Origin: Lachnospiraceae bacterium
Lineage (GTDB): Bacteria > Bacillota > Clostridia > Lachnospirales > Lachnospiraceae
DNA length: 50,468 nt
Assembly: GCA_021200695.1 (NCBI GenBank)
Contig: JAJQGF010000336.1
Location: forward strand, 1 to 50,468
Direction of reading: 5' to 3'
Shown here: piece after piece, positions 1 to 9,738 of the stretch
Layout: each line of letters starts with the position of its first letter
Numbering within the stretch: the first letter of the stretch is position 1
The notes under the pieces: model-generated
Told to the model about the DNA's origin: nothing
Seen by the model: the letters and a program-made list of their open reading frames with translations, nothing else
Database searches by the model: none
Made by a program: the position numbers and the translations under genes

Positions 1-67
1 CGATAAATTCCCTGCTGTTGTGAGTCAGAGAGCCTTTTCCCATCATTGCACTGATTGTTCGTTTCAA
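1..67 (-). CDS. MOBV/Pre-type (plasmid recombination) relaxase, N-terminus only; runs off the window
   Basis: Hand translation from TTG at 67 (RBS GGAGG upstream): MKRTISAMMGKGSLTHNSREFI, resembling the HNxR-containing N-terminus of clostridial MOBV relaxases; located in an integrase-bearing element. Confidence 0.7.
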   Translation of the reverse strand, partial: MKRTISAMMGKGSLTHNSREFI

Positions 68-137
68 TCGCATTCCTCCATTTTCTTTTAAAGAGCGCCT
101 GCGCTGCATGCCTTTGGCAGGATACGGCGTAGGCTTT

Positions 138-195
138 GTTACTTTCGCGAAAGTAACGCAAAAGCACTTTTGACAGCCGTTCCGTCTATCAAAAG
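138..195. promoter_or_regulatory. Candidate oriT: 20-bp perfect palindrome plus a second inverted repeat
   Basis: GTTACTTTCG|CGAAAGTAAC at 138-157; CTTTTGACAG (167-176)/CTATCAAAAG (186-195) with 1 mismatch; directly upstream of the relaxase. Confidence 0.5.
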
Positions 196-257
196 CTGCC
201 TTTGCGCTCCTCGCCGGAGGGTCTTCTTCCGGCTGTCGCCGGATTATCCCGCCTGCG

Positions 258-515
258 TCACCTCTGCGGTGCCTCCGGACGGGACGGCTGTTCCAGCCGA
301 ATCGCTTCCGCTGCCATGGCTTTACGGATAGCCGAAATCACATTTTTTACTGTGCTTTCCTCCCACCCTGCCAGCCAGACAAGCGTCCGCTCCTCCGACC
401 TGCTCAACTCTATATTTCCAAATATTTCATTGAGCCTGTCGATCTGCTCCGCTTCAAAATCATAAAAACAATCATTTACATTCCGTGTTCCACGTTTCGG
501 TTGTCTAATCATCAA
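258..515 (-). CDS. Small hypothetical protein of the mobile element
   Basis: 85-aa ORF with AGGAGG RBS, co-oriented with the element genes. Confidence 0.65.
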   Translation of the reverse strand: MMIRQPKRGTRNVNDCFYDFEAEQIDRLNEIFGNIELSRSEERTLVWLAGWEESTVKNVISAIRKAMAAEAIRLEQPSRPEAPQR

Positions 516-565
516 ACCTATCCTCCTTCTTTGTCTGCATCCTACAGGAGCGTGCCACGCTCCTG

Positions 566-820
566 TTATCTCTCATCAAGGGAAACACTCCACCGAAAGC
601 TGTCCGGCACTCCACGCTTATCCAGATATTCCTGTCTGGCCTTTTCCCGCTCCTCAGCCGTTGGTGCTGCTTTTGACCTTGAATACAAATCATGCATCAC
701 CAGCGCATCCAGTTTCTTTTCTAACCCTTTCTGAATCTCTGCTTCACAGTCGTTTATTTCCAACAGGTGATACCGCAACAGCGATACAAATAAATCATAA
801 GGTATCTGTATATTCTTCAT
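566..820 (-). CDS. Conserved small IME protein (family often mislabelled 'complexin-2')
   Basis: 84 aa, strong AGGAGG RBS, EEREKARQEYLDKRG..SFRW C-terminus. Confidence 0.7.
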   Translation of the reverse strand: MKNIQIPYDLFVSLLRYHLLEINDCEAEIQKGLEKKLDALVMHDLYSRSKAAPTAEEREKARQEYLDKRGVPDSFRWSVSLDER

Positions 821-832
821 GTCTCCTCCTTC

Positions 833-881
833 AAGATGGCAAGATTACCTTGTCTTTAGGAACAGGGAATCTTGCCATCTT
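833..881. repeat. 14-bp perfect inverted repeat
   Basis: AAGATGGCAAGATT (833-846)/AATCTTGCCATCTT (868-881). Confidence 0.85.
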
Positions 882-891
882 CCTTCTTACC

Positions 892-1918
892 TTACGGCAA
901 TTCCCATGCCCACTGTGAGCCGACCTTGACTGACTTTACATTGAGTTTTTTCTTCGCATTCCATAAGGTTTTGGATTTAATCCCTTTGCTCTGTGCCGCT
1001 TCCTCAATCTCCTTCTGAAGCACCTGGCCATCCTCCAGCATTTCTTCTAAAAATTCCGCAGCAGCCTTTAATTTGCTTCCCCGGTTGTCTCCACTCAAAA
1101 GTTCATCGGCGTTCACATCATACTCTCCAATCCATTCAAATCCTGTCTCTTTGTCCAAGCGGAACGCAATGGACTTGCCTTCCGAACCCAGTGAACTTTT
1201 AATATGGCATACTACCCGGATGTCCGGCTCGTCCTTCACTCTTCCGATCAGCAACACACTTCTTGCTGCCGCCTGAAAATCAATGGAACCCAGACCGCGA
1301 TAAGAGGATTTCACACCACTGTTCTTGTTCATGTGGCCGATCAGGATAATCGCGCAATGATACTTTTCCGCCAGCTCTGACACCCGTTTCATCAACGGCC
1401 TGATCTCATTCGCCCTGTGCATATCCACATCAGCACCGAGGAAGCCCTGTAGCGGGTCAAGAACCACAAGCCTTGCCTTTGTCCGCACAATCGCCTCTTC
1501 TAACCGGTAATCCTGCAATGTCAGCGGTTGTTCCCTGTCATCAATCACCAGTACACGGGAACAGTCAGCTCCCGCCGCAAGCAGACGGGGTTTTATCGTA
1601 TCCCCCAAGCCATCCTCCGCGGTCTGGTAAATCACGTTGACAGGCTCATACTTCTGAGCAGGTACTTCATCTTCCTTTTCCTCACTACCATTATCAATCC
1701 CGCCATCAGTGAAAACCTCTTCTCCCTTTGTCAGCTTCGCTATGATCTGTAATACCCATAGTCGTCTTGCCTTCGCCGGGGTCGCCCTGTATAATCGTGA
1801 GCTTCCCATAAGGGATGAATGGGTAGAGGAGCCATTCAATCTGCTCGACCTCCACTGTCTCCATGTTAATCAGCTTCAGTGCTGGCTCTGGTTTCCGTTT
1901 GTCATAATTTCTTTCCAA
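892..1918 (-). pseudogene. AAA_25/RepA-helicase-like ATPase split by a +1 frameshift
   Basis: Walker A GDPGEGKTTM in one frame; VLQIIAKLT...LVVLDPLQ (Walker B) in another; removing one G from GGG (1755-1757) fuses them; TTG start at 1918 with AAGGAG RBS. Confidence 0.8.
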
Positions 1919-2037
1919 ATTTTCTCCTTTCCGGTTGAAAGTGGGATGAGACTCTGGTAGAATACCCATAGAATTTAATGGGCGGGTATTCTGCCAGGCC
2001 TGTGCCTTTAGGTGTTTGCCGACACTTAAAGGCATTT

Positions 2038-2361
2038 TTATTTCTCATCTTTCATTCCCTGCAATGTGCATGTGATCAGTTCTATCGTGTTTAACAGGTC
2101 AGGGTTTATATCGCTGCTGTCGCTGATCCTCTGCAATTCTTCAAGCACCTTTGCAAGCTCATTTTTCAAAGCCTTATACACTCTGGGATTGCCGATCACC
2201 ACAACTTTCTGCTCCTGTAACCGCCGGATAATATAATCCTGTTTTGTCATACCCGATAATCTGACGGCAGTTTCAATCTGCTCGTCCTCCTCCGGCGACA
2301 CCCGGAACGCAACTACCTTGTTCCTCCATCGTCCCTGTCGGTCTAAGCTCCTTGCTGACAT
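2038..2361 (-). CDS. MobC-like ribbon-helix-helix mobilization protein
   Basis: VAFRVSPEEDEQI...SGMTKQDYI RHH-like pattern; overlaps the integrase stop. Confidence 0.7.
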   Translation of the reverse strand: MSARSLDRQGRWRNKVVAFRVSPEEDEQIETAVRLSGMTKQDYIIRRLQEQKVVVIGNPRVYKALKNELAKVLEELQRISDSSDINPDLLNTIELITCTLQGMKDEK

Positions 2362-3464
2362 ACGTCCTCACCTCCCTTCTCTTCGCCTCCGCGTCCAAAC
2401 CGTGCCGTATCCAGCCGATCTGCCATCTCCGTCTGCCGTGATGGGAACAGGTGTGCATAGCGGTAAGTGATTTTCTCACCCTCATGTCCGACCCTGTCAC
2501 CAATGGCAAGCGCCGTGAACCCCATATCAATCAGCAGGGACACATGGGAATGTCGCAGGTCATGGATACGGATATGCTTCACACCAGTCTCCTTGCAGCC
2601 GCGGTCCATCTCATGGGACAGGTAATGCTTCGTAATCGGGAAGATGCGGTCATCCGGCTTCAAGCTGTAAAACAGCTTCAGACAATCCTGCATCTCATCA
2701 GCCAGAAACTGCGGCATCCGGATCACGCGGTTGCTCTTCTTCGTTTTCGGAGATGTGATTACATCCTTTCCCTTCAGGCGCTGATAGGACTTATTAATCG
2801 TCACCGTCCGGTTCTCGAAATCAAAATCCGCAGGTGTCAGCGCAAGCAGCTCGCCCTCGCGTATACCGCACCAGTAAAGCATTTCAAACGCATAATAGGA
2901 AAGTGGTTTGTCCATCATCGCCTCCGCAAATTTCAGATATTCTTCCTTCGTCCAGAATGACATCTCCTTACTTTCCTCCATCCCCATCGTCCCGGCTTTC
3001 TTCGCCGGGTTGACCGTCAGATCGTAATACCTGATCGCATGGTTGAAGATAGAACTAAGCTGTGCGTGTATCGTTTTAAGGTAAGTAGGCGAGATTGGTT
3101 TCCCATCCTTTCCCGTCTGTCTCCTCATCTCATTCTGCCAGTCAATCACGTCCTTCGCTGTGATCTCCGACACTTTCCGCTGCCCCAGATACGGTAAAAT
3201 CTTGCTCTGGAAAATGCTCTCCTTCGTCAGCCAGGTATTTTCTTTCAGCCGCGGGCGCACATCCTTTTCATACATCTTGCAGAAGCTCTCCAGCGTCATA
3301 TCGAGATCTGCTTTCTTCTGCAACTGGAACTGGCGCTCCCACTCCTGTGCTTCGCGCTTCGTCGCAAATCCGCGCTGACATTTCTGCTTGTTCTCACCTT
3401 TCCAGTCCTTGTAGCGAACCATGACATACCATGATCCATTCTTTTCATTCTTATATACAAGCAT
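2343..3464 (-). CDS. int: Tyrosine integrase (arm-binding, SAM-like and catalytic domains)
   Basis: GFATKREA arm-binding motif; catalytic R (GIREGEL), K (PKT), HDLRHSH, GH, Y (YRYAHL); ATG at 3464 with GGAGG RBS. Confidence 0.95.
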   Translation of the reverse strand: MLVYKNEKNGSWYVMVRYKDWKGENKQKCQRGFATKREAQEWERQFQLQKKADLDMTLESFCKMYEKDVRPRLKENTWLTKESIFQSKILPYLGQRKVSEITAKDVIDWQNEMRRQTGKDGKPISPTYLKTIHAQLSSIFNHAIRYYDLTVNPAKKAGTMGMEESKEMSFWTKEEYLKFAEAMMDKPLSYYAFEMLYWCGIREGELLALTPADFDFENRTVTINKSYQRLKGKDVITSPKTKKSNRVIRMPQFLADEMQDCLKLFYSLKPDDRIFPITKHYLSHEMDRGCKETGVKHIRIHDLRHSHVSLLIDMGFTALAIGDRVGHEGEKITYRYAHLFPSRQTEMADRLDTARFGRGGEEKGGEDVCQQGA

Positions 3465-3465
3465 T

Positions 3466-3660
3466 TTAATCCCTCCCTTCGTAAGCCTGTGTGCCGTAGA
3501 AATGTTCGTGAAAGAATTTACGGTCAATCCTTCCGGCAATCGTGACGCAGCCTGTCTTTGCAAGCTCCTTGTTCAGTTTCCGGATCAGTTTGTAAGCATA
3601 GGATTCTGAAACATCCAGCGCCGCCATCACTTCATCCACTCTCATGAACATCTTTTCCAT
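3466..3660 (-). CDS. Excisionase-like HTH protein (ICEBs1 Xis-like)
   Basis: 64 aa, VSESYAYKLIRKLNKEL...G.I pattern, immediately upstream of int. Confidence 0.8.
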   Translation of the reverse strand: MEKMFMRVDEVMAALDVSESYAYKLIRKLNKELAKTGCVTIAGRIDRKFFHEHFYGTQAYEGRD

Positions 3661-3682
3661 AAGCTACCTCCTTTTCAATTCA

Positions 3683-3807
3683 CTATACATTTTTGTATTG
3701 GTTTTCTCTTATATTACTATACTTTTCTGTATTGGTCAAGTGGTTTGCAAAATAATTTCTATACTTTTTTGTATCATTTCTATTGATTGACCTATACTTT
3801 TATGTTA
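3683..3807. promoter_or_regulatory. Four operator-like repeats CTATAC-N6-GT(A/T) between divergent xis and repressor
   Basis: Copies start at 3683, 3717, 3759 and 3792; the first three contain the dyad ATAC-N6-GTAT. Confidence 0.75.
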
Positions 3808-3844
3808 TACTTGACCCATCATTCAACGAATGGAGGGATTCACT

Positions 3845-4363
3845 ATGGCAATCGGGGAAAGAATCCATTATTTCCGGCTCAAACATGGTTTTACTCAAAA
3901 ATATCTGGGACAGCAGCTCGGCTTCAACGATATGCAGGCGGATGTCCGTATCGCACAGTACGAAAAAGGTGCCCGCAGCCCCAAAGAAAAATATTTAAAT
4001 GCCCTTGCTGACATCTTTGAGGTATCGCCCCAGGCACTGGCTGTGCCCGATATTGACAGCTACACTGGGCTAATGCACACACTTTTCACACTGGAAGACC
4101 TTTACGGCCTGCGTATCGGAGAGATTGACGGGGAACTCTGTCTTAGGCTGGACAAGTCCAAAGGAACCACCTACCTTTCTATGTTTGATATGTTTCTTTC
4201 ATGGCAAAGGCAATCCGCTCTGTTGGAAGCCGGCGAGATTACCAAAGAGGAATACGACCAATGGCGGTATACATATCCCCAAAAAGAAATCGAACGTACA
4301 AAAGCTGACCTCTCTGTCCAGCGCTCCAAACGTGAAGCAGAAGAAACGACGGACAATGAATAA
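3845..4363 (+). CDS. XRE-family HTH repressor of the element
   Basis: IGERI..FR...GFTQKYLG...IAQYEKG.R.P HTH_3 pattern; divergent from xis-int. Confidence 0.9.
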   Translation: MAIGERIHYFRLKHGFTQKYLGQQLGFNDMQADVRIAQYEKGARSPKEKYLNALADIFEVSPQALAVPDIDSYTGLMHTLFTLEDLYGLRIGEIDGELCLRLDKSKGTTYLSMFDMFLSWQRQSALLEAGEITKEEYDQWRYTYPQKEIERTKADLSVQRSKREAEETTDNE

Positions 4364-4384
4364 TCAGACATCCTAAACAACGCA

Positions 4385-4438
4385 AAAAGGCCTTACCAAA
4401 TTGATCTGTTTCACTCAATCTGGTAAGACCTTATTTTT
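4385..4438. terminator. Probable intrinsic terminator downstream of the repressor
   Basis: AAGGCCTTACCA...TGGTAAGACCTT stem followed by a T-rich tract. Confidence 0.55.
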
Positions 4439-4577
4439 AAGACTTAGCGGCTATACCCGCTAACCGTCAGCGTCATTATAATAAATGTTCTGGCGGTGCT
4501 GTTATCAAATTGTTATCAAACGGTACTCAAATTTGCAAAGAATCCAGTGTTTATGCGAGTTCCAGCAACACCTTTAC

Positions 4578-6119
4578 TTATTCGAACTCAATCGTTCCCG
4601 GTGGTTTCCCAGTGCAATCATACAGCACCCGATTTACCCCCTTCACCTCGTTAACAATTCGGTTGGTAACTTTGTTCAATACTTCCCATGGTATCTCTGC
4701 GCTTTCCGCTGTCATGAAATCTGAAGTACAGACCGCACGAAGTGCCACTGCATAATCATAGGTTCTTCCATCTCCCATAACGCCTACACTACGCATATTC
4801 GTAAGGGCAGCAAAATATTGACCTAAGTTCTTGTCCACGCCCGCCTTCGCTATTTCCTCACGATAGATTGCATCTGCGTCTTGGACAATCCGTACCTTTT
4901 CCGCCGTCACTTCTCCGATAATTCGAATACCAAGTCCCGGACCCGGGAATGGCTGGCGATATACCAAATAATCCGGAATTCCAAGCTCTAAGCCCGCCTT
5001 ACGGACCTCATCCTTAAATAACAGGCGAAGAGGCTCAATAATTTCCTTGAAATCAACATAATCCGGCAATCCCCCTACATTATGATGCGACTTAATCACT
5101 GCCGACTTACCGAGTCCGGACTCAATGACATCCGGATAAATGGTTCCTTGCACAAGGAAGTCCACCGCACCGATTTTCTTCGCCTCTTCTTCAAATACAC
5201 GAATAAATTCTTCCCCGATAATTTTACGTTTCTGTTCCGGTTCTTCTACTCCCTTTAATTTTTCATAAAAACGTTCTTGAGCATTGACACGAATAAAATT
5301 CAAATCATATGGACCATCGGGACCAAATACTGCTTCTACTTCATCACCTTCATTTTTACGAAGCAATCCTTGATCTACAAATACACAGGTAAGCTGCTTT
5401 CCAACTGCTTTTGATAAAAGCACTGCCGCCACAGAGGAATCCACACCGCCAGACAAGGCACACAGCACTTTTCCATCACCAATTTTTTCACGCAGCTCTC
5501 TGATACTATGTTCAACAAAGGAATCCATTTTCCAGTCACCCTTACAGCCGCATACTTTATATACAAAGCTCTCCAGCATCTTCTTGCCTTCCCTTGTATG
5601 CATCACCTCCGGATGGAATTGTGTTGCATATAGCTTTTTTTCCGGACATTCCATAGCAGCTATCGGGCATACCGGAGTCTGTGCAGTTATGGTAAAGCCC
5701 TCCGGTGCCTGAGCGATGTAATCCGTATGACTCATCCAACATACTGTAGTTTCCTCTACATCCTCAAATAGCAAAGAATTCTTATTGACTTTTACCTCTG
5801 TGTATCCATATTCACTAACTGGTGCTGTTTCCACAGTGCCTCCCAAGGTGTAGGCCATGAGCTGCGAACCATAACATATACCCAAAATTGGTATGCCTAT
5901 TTCAAAGATTTCTTTCTGATATTTTGGAGAATCTTCTCCATATACACTGTTTGGACCGCCGGTAAATATGATTCCCTTAGGATTCATCTTTTTGATGGTT
6001 TCTATGCTTAAGGTGTACGGATGCACCTCCGCATAAACATTACATTCTCGGACTCTTCTGGCTATCAACTGATTGTACTGGCCGCCGAAGTCTAATACAA
6101 TAATTAATTCCTGATTCAT
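4578..6119 (-). CDS. guaA: GMP synthase (glutamine-hydrolysing)
   Basis: [51 protein letters not shown]. Confidence 0.99.
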   Translation of the reverse strand: MNQELIIVLDFGGQYNQLIARRVRECNVYAEVHPYTLSIETIKKMNPKGIIFTGGPNSVYGEDSPKYQKEIFEIGIPILGICYGSQLMAYTLGGTVETAPVSEYGYTEVKVNKNSLLFEDVEETTVCWMSHTDYIAQAPEGFTITAQTPVCPIAAMECPEKKLYATQFHPEVMHTREGKKMLESFVYKVCGCKGDWKMDSFVEHSIRELREKIGDGKVLCALSGGVDSSVAAVLLSKAVGKQLTCVFVDQGLLRKNEGDEVEAVFGPDGPYDLNFIRVNAQERFYEKLKGVEEPEQKRKIIGEEFIRVFEEEAKKIGAVDFLVQGTIYPDVIESGLGKSAVIKSHHNVGGLPDYVDFKEIIEPLRLLFKDEVRKAGLELGIPDYLVYRQPFPGPGLGIRIIGEVTAEKVRIVQDADAIYREEIAKAGVDKNLGQYFAALTNMRSVGVMGDGRTYDYAVALRAVCTSDFMTAESAEIPWEVLNKVTNRIVNEVKGVNRVLYDCTGKPPGTIEFE

Positions 6120-6140
6120 GGCGTCGATTCCTTTCTCCAT

Positions 6141-6572
6141 TTACTCTTCTGTCATGTCTTCTTCAGCATTTTCTAATTTAGAACCGCCGGTCAGAAGCGT
6201 ATGCTCCTTTTCTAATTCATTTGCCAACTCATAAAACGTCCATTTCTTATTACTGCTGGTCAAAACACATTTCAGCGGAATTCCGTCTAATCCACGTTTC
6301 TTAATATTAGACAGCATCAGATCAATTCTTTTATCAATGGTAAAGTTATGCATAATTAGCACTTCCTTATCAAACGGTTCATAGGTTTCCGGATTCGGAT
6401 TTTCCTCCATTCCCTTAATACCTGCTAGATATCCTACTGTCTGCCCCAGCTGCTCATCCTTAATCACTTTTACACGAATTCCCATCTGCACCATTACGTA
6501 ATTGATTTCCCTCATCCTCTGCGGGTCCCTAAATCCATACAATAATACAGTTTCCCCTGTCGGTCTATGCAT
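6141..6572 (-). CDS. DUF3783-like protein
   Basis: VLLYGF...GIRVK.I...QTVGYLAG...LKCVLT..N..W...L..EL.KEH pattern. Confidence 0.7.
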   Translation of the reverse strand: MHRPTGETVLLYGFRDPQRMREINYVMVQMGIRVKVIKDEQLGQTVGYLAGIKGMEENPNPETYEPFDKEVLIMHNFTIDKRIDLMLSNIKKRGLDGIPLKCVLTSSNKKWTFYELANELEKEHTLLTGGSKLENAEEDMTEE

Positions 6573-6648
6573 TGATTATTCCTCCTATTCCTTCTTACAT
6601 ATAGGCTGCACCAACCAAATCCTATATGTATCTTTATTTCTATATGAA

Positions 6649-7695
6649 TTACAACTGTTGTTTCAGTATCTCGGCAAATGGTCGAAATGCCGATGGAATT
6701 GCTACCTCAGCTTCCAATTGATCTAGGCTCACCCATGTAAATGGGGCTGCCAAACGCTGACACGCAATATAGTAAGCTGTCATACGCCACTCTACATGAG
6801 AAAATATATGCGTATAATTATAATTCATCTGCATATTCTGCGGAGCTGCCTGCCACTCTGCTGCCACGTTTACCGCCTGCTGCTGTGTCAAATGCCCCTC
6901 CATATTCGGAAATTCCCACAGCCCAGCCAAAAGACCCTCTGTCTCTCGCTTTTGTATCGCAACTTTATCTCCGCATTGCAGAATAAATACCGTTTTCTTT
7001 TCCTTTCTGCGAGATTTTTTTGCACTCCGAACGGGATACTTGTTCCATGCATCATGTTTATAAGCTTCACAAATCGATGCAAGTGGACACTCCTGACATT
7101 TTGGCGCTCCATTTGGCAAACATATGATAGCCCCCAATTCCATCAAACTCTGTGTAAATGTTCCACAGCTCCCTTTTTTATATATGGTACTAAGCTCCTG
7201 GCGAACCGCATTTTTCGTAGATTGTCTGTCAATGTTCGAAGCATCACCCATAACACGAGCATATACCCGAAGGACATTGCCATCCACTGCAGGCGTTGGT
7301 AAATCGAAGCATATGGAACCTATGGCACCTGCGGTATAATCTCCTATACCGGAAAGCCCACGTATTTCCTCATAAGTCTGTGGAAATGTTCCACCATAAT
7401 CCTCCATAATTGTGATGGCTGCTTTTTTTAGATTTCTTGCCCGATTATAATATCCAAGTCCTTCCCACAGCTTCAACAGGCGTTCTTCTTCTACTTCTGC
7501 CAAAGCCTTTATATTTGGCAGTTCCGTCAAGAACCGCCTATAATAATCCTTTACCGCTTCTACCCGAGTCTGTTGCAGCATGATTTCTGACAGCCACACA
7601 TGATACGGTTCCTGATCTCGTCGCCATGGTAAGTCTCGGGCATGACTCGGATACCATATGATTAAAGATTCCAAAAGCTGTTTTTTCTTATCCAT
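6649..7695 (-). CDS. mutY: A/G-specific adenine glycosylase
   Basis: WLSEIMLQQT, WEGLGYY, HhH-GPD (GIGDYTAGAI...VDGNV), Fe-S C-x6-CxxC-x5-C, C-terminal NUDIX-like domain. Confidence 0.97.
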   Translation of the reverse strand: MDKKKQLLESLIIWYPSHARDLPWRRDQEPYHVWLSEIMLQQTRVEAVKDYYRRFLTELPNIKALAEVEEERLLKLWEGLGYYNRARNLKKAAITIMEDYGGTFPQTYEEIRGLSGIGDYTAGAIGSICFDLPTPAVDGNVLRVYARVMGDASNIDRQSTKNAVRQELSTIYKKGSCGTFTQSLMELGAIICLPNGAPKCQECPLASICEAYKHDAWNKYPVRSAKKSRRKEKKTVFILQCGDKVAIQKRETEGLLAGLWEFPNMEGHLTQQQAVNVAAEWQAAPQNMQMNYNYTHIFSHVEWRMTAYYIACQRLAAPFTWVSLDQLEAEVAIPSAFRPFAEILKQQL

Positions 7696-7810
7696 TCTGC
7701 ACCTGCTTCTTTCATATGCCCACACTTACAAGCACAACAATTTTAGCATTTTTCTATTCCTTTTTCAATCAGATAATACTTTGTGTTAAGTAAAGCAAGT
7801 AAATAAAATG

Positions 7811-8890
7811 CTAAATCACCTCGGCGATGGTTCCTCCTCCCAGAACCGTATCATCCTGATACAGTACCACTGCCTGACCTTTGGTGATTGCCCGCTGAGG
7901 TTCGAGAAATGTTATCCTTGCCTTGTCATGTTCTATTCGTTCCACGTAAGCATCCTGCGCCTGCTGCCGATAGCGGACTTTTGCCTGAATCATCCGTCCT
8001 GATATAATCTCCGCCTCATCAACCATCCAATTCATATGTTCGGCAATCAGGGTTTTTCGGAACAAGTCGTCATTGCTGCCTAACATCACCTGATTTTTCT
8101 CTGGTACGATATCTACCACATAATAAGGCTTTTCTGCAGCTATTCCCAGCCCCTTCCTTTGTCCAATCGTATAACCATAATAACCCCGATGATGTCCCAG
8201 CACCTTACCCTCTTTATCTACAAAATCGCCGGAACCCACAGATACTCCATATTCCTCTTCCATAAAACGCTTATAATTACCATCCGGTATAAAGCAGATA
8301 TCCTGACTATCTCGCTTCTTAGAATTGATAAAACCATGCGCTTCTGCAATTTTCCGCACTTGCTCCTTTGTGATAGCACCAAGCGGAAAACAGGTATGAG
8401 GTAACTGCTCCCTTGGCAGTGAATATAGTACATAGCTCTGATCCTTCGTGCTATCCACTGCTTTTTTCATAATATACCGCCCTTGTTCTTCCACAATTTG
8501 CGCATAATGCCCCGTAACAATTACATCACATTCTAACTCCTTTGCTGTCTGGTATAAATGCTCAAATTTTAAATAACGATTACATTCAATACACGGATTG
8601 GGTGTCCAGCCTTTCATATAACTATCCACGAATCGGTCCATTACCCTATTCTTAAAATCTTCCTTAAAATTCACGACATAATAGGGAATTCCAATCTGGT
8701 ATGCCACACGCCTTGCATCCTCAATGTCATCGACCGAACAGCAGGTTTGATCCCTTGATACACCTATATCATCATTATCATATAGCTTCATGGTAACACC
8801 AGTGCAGTCATATCCTTTTTCCTTCATGAGCAGTGCTGCTACTGACGAATCCACACCGCCACTCATTGCAATCAACGCCTTTTTAGCCAT
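7811..8890 (-). CDS. mnmA: tRNA 2-thiouridine(34) synthase
   Basis: AMSGGVDSS, TPNPCIECN, TGHYA, KDQSY, DSQDICF, TIGQRKG. Confidence 0.98.
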   Translation of the reverse strand: MAKKALIAMSGGVDSSVAALLMKEKGYDCTGVTMKLYDNDDIGVSRDQTCCSVDDIEDARRVAYQIGIPYYVVNFKEDFKNRVMDRFVDSYMKGWTPNPCIECNRYLKFEHLYQTAKELECDVIVTGHYAQIVEEQGRYIMKKAVDSTKDQSYVLYSLPREQLPHTCFPLGAITKEQVRKIAEAHGFINSKKRDSQDICFIPDGNYKRFMEEEYGVSVGSGDFVDKEGKVLGHHRGYYGYTIGQRKGLGIAAEKPYYVVDIVPEKNQVMLGSNDDLFRKTLIAEHMNWMVDEAEIISGRMIQAKVRYRQQAQDAYVERIEHDKARITFLEPQRAITKGQAVVLYQDDTVLGGGTIAEVI

Positions 8891-8960
8891 CTCATTTCTC
8901 CTGTTATACAAGACGCCTGCCATCCACAACTCTGGAATAACAGGCGCCTCATTGATTCTT

Positions 8961-9632
8961 TTATAACTTTTTTTCACATACTTCTTGTTCGGAATCTGCT
9001 TTAGACCCATCCTCCGAAGATGCTTCTTCCGAGATATCCGCTTTAGACTTCTCCGGAGACGCTTCGTCATTCATATCCCTTTCAGCGGCCTCCTCAGCCT
9101 CCCTCTTTGCCTGAAGGATTTCTCCAAGATCTCTTCCCTTGGTAGGCGTTCCATGAAAACACCATAAAAAACCACCAATCGCTAAGACAGCAGTGACAAT
9201 CAAGATAAGAATTGGAAGCTTAAATGGCATACCGATTTCTTCCAGAACTGCCATCGGTTTTGCATCCAAATCCTCATAATAATGGTACACACCGTCAATA
9301 TCTTCATACACTCTTCGTTCAATTGATTCCATACTTTCTGGGTCAAATGCGTCGAATTCTTCCTGTGTGATAGGAATCTCCTGCACCAGACTACCATCCT
9401 CTGATTGAAATAATATGCTATAAGTTTCTCCAAACTGATAGGCAGTAGACGCTGACATGGTTACCATTCCCATATCAGTAATTCCCCTTAAATACTGTAT
9501 ACTATTCATTAGTATCATCAGACTGACAATAACTCCAAATATACCAACCGCACCAAGAATGGCGCCAAATGCATTCAGCTTTCGATTCACTTCCATGTCC
9601 CACATCTCTCCTTCGTTCAGTATATGATACAA
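8961..9632 (-). CDS. Hypothetical membrane protein (2 TM segments, acidic tail); start may be 9596
   Basis: 223-aa ORF with two hydrophobic segments. Confidence 0.7.
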   Translation of the reverse strand: MYHILNEGEMWDMEVNRKLNAFGAILGAVGIFGVIVSLMILMNSIQYLRGITDMGMVTMSASTAYQFGETYSILFQSEDGSLVQEIPITQEEFDAFDPESMESIERRVYEDIDGVYHYYEDLDAKPMAVLEEIGMPFKLPILILIVTAVLAIGGFLWCFHGTPTKGRDLGEILQAKREAEEAAERDMNDEASPEKSKADISEEASSEDGSKADSEQEVCEKKL

Positions 9633-9738
9633 GCATATTCAGACATCTTGTCTGATTTCCTTGCTCGTTCCAAAAAATCTCTGGCAATGCATTAATTTTA
9701 ATGTAGGAGTCGGCATTTGTCAATCGGGTAAACCACCG

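Larger units (their letters stand above)
1..4590. mobile_element. Integrative mobilizable element inserted at the guaA 3' end (other end outside the window)
   Basis: int/xis/repressor/mob module abuts the guaA stop; tandem TGTTATCAAA (4500-4509, 4511-4520) resembles arm-type sites; guaA 3' is a known island hotspot. Confidence 0.8.

Noticed and set aside
1755-1757. Programmed frameshift in the AAA ATPase
   Set aside because: No slippery heptamer; a single extra G is better explained by mutation or sequencing error
8891-9070. 60-aa basic N-terminal extension of MnmA in the ORF track
   Set aside because: Overlaps the upstream gene in another frame; the conserved start with an AGGAG RBS is at 8890
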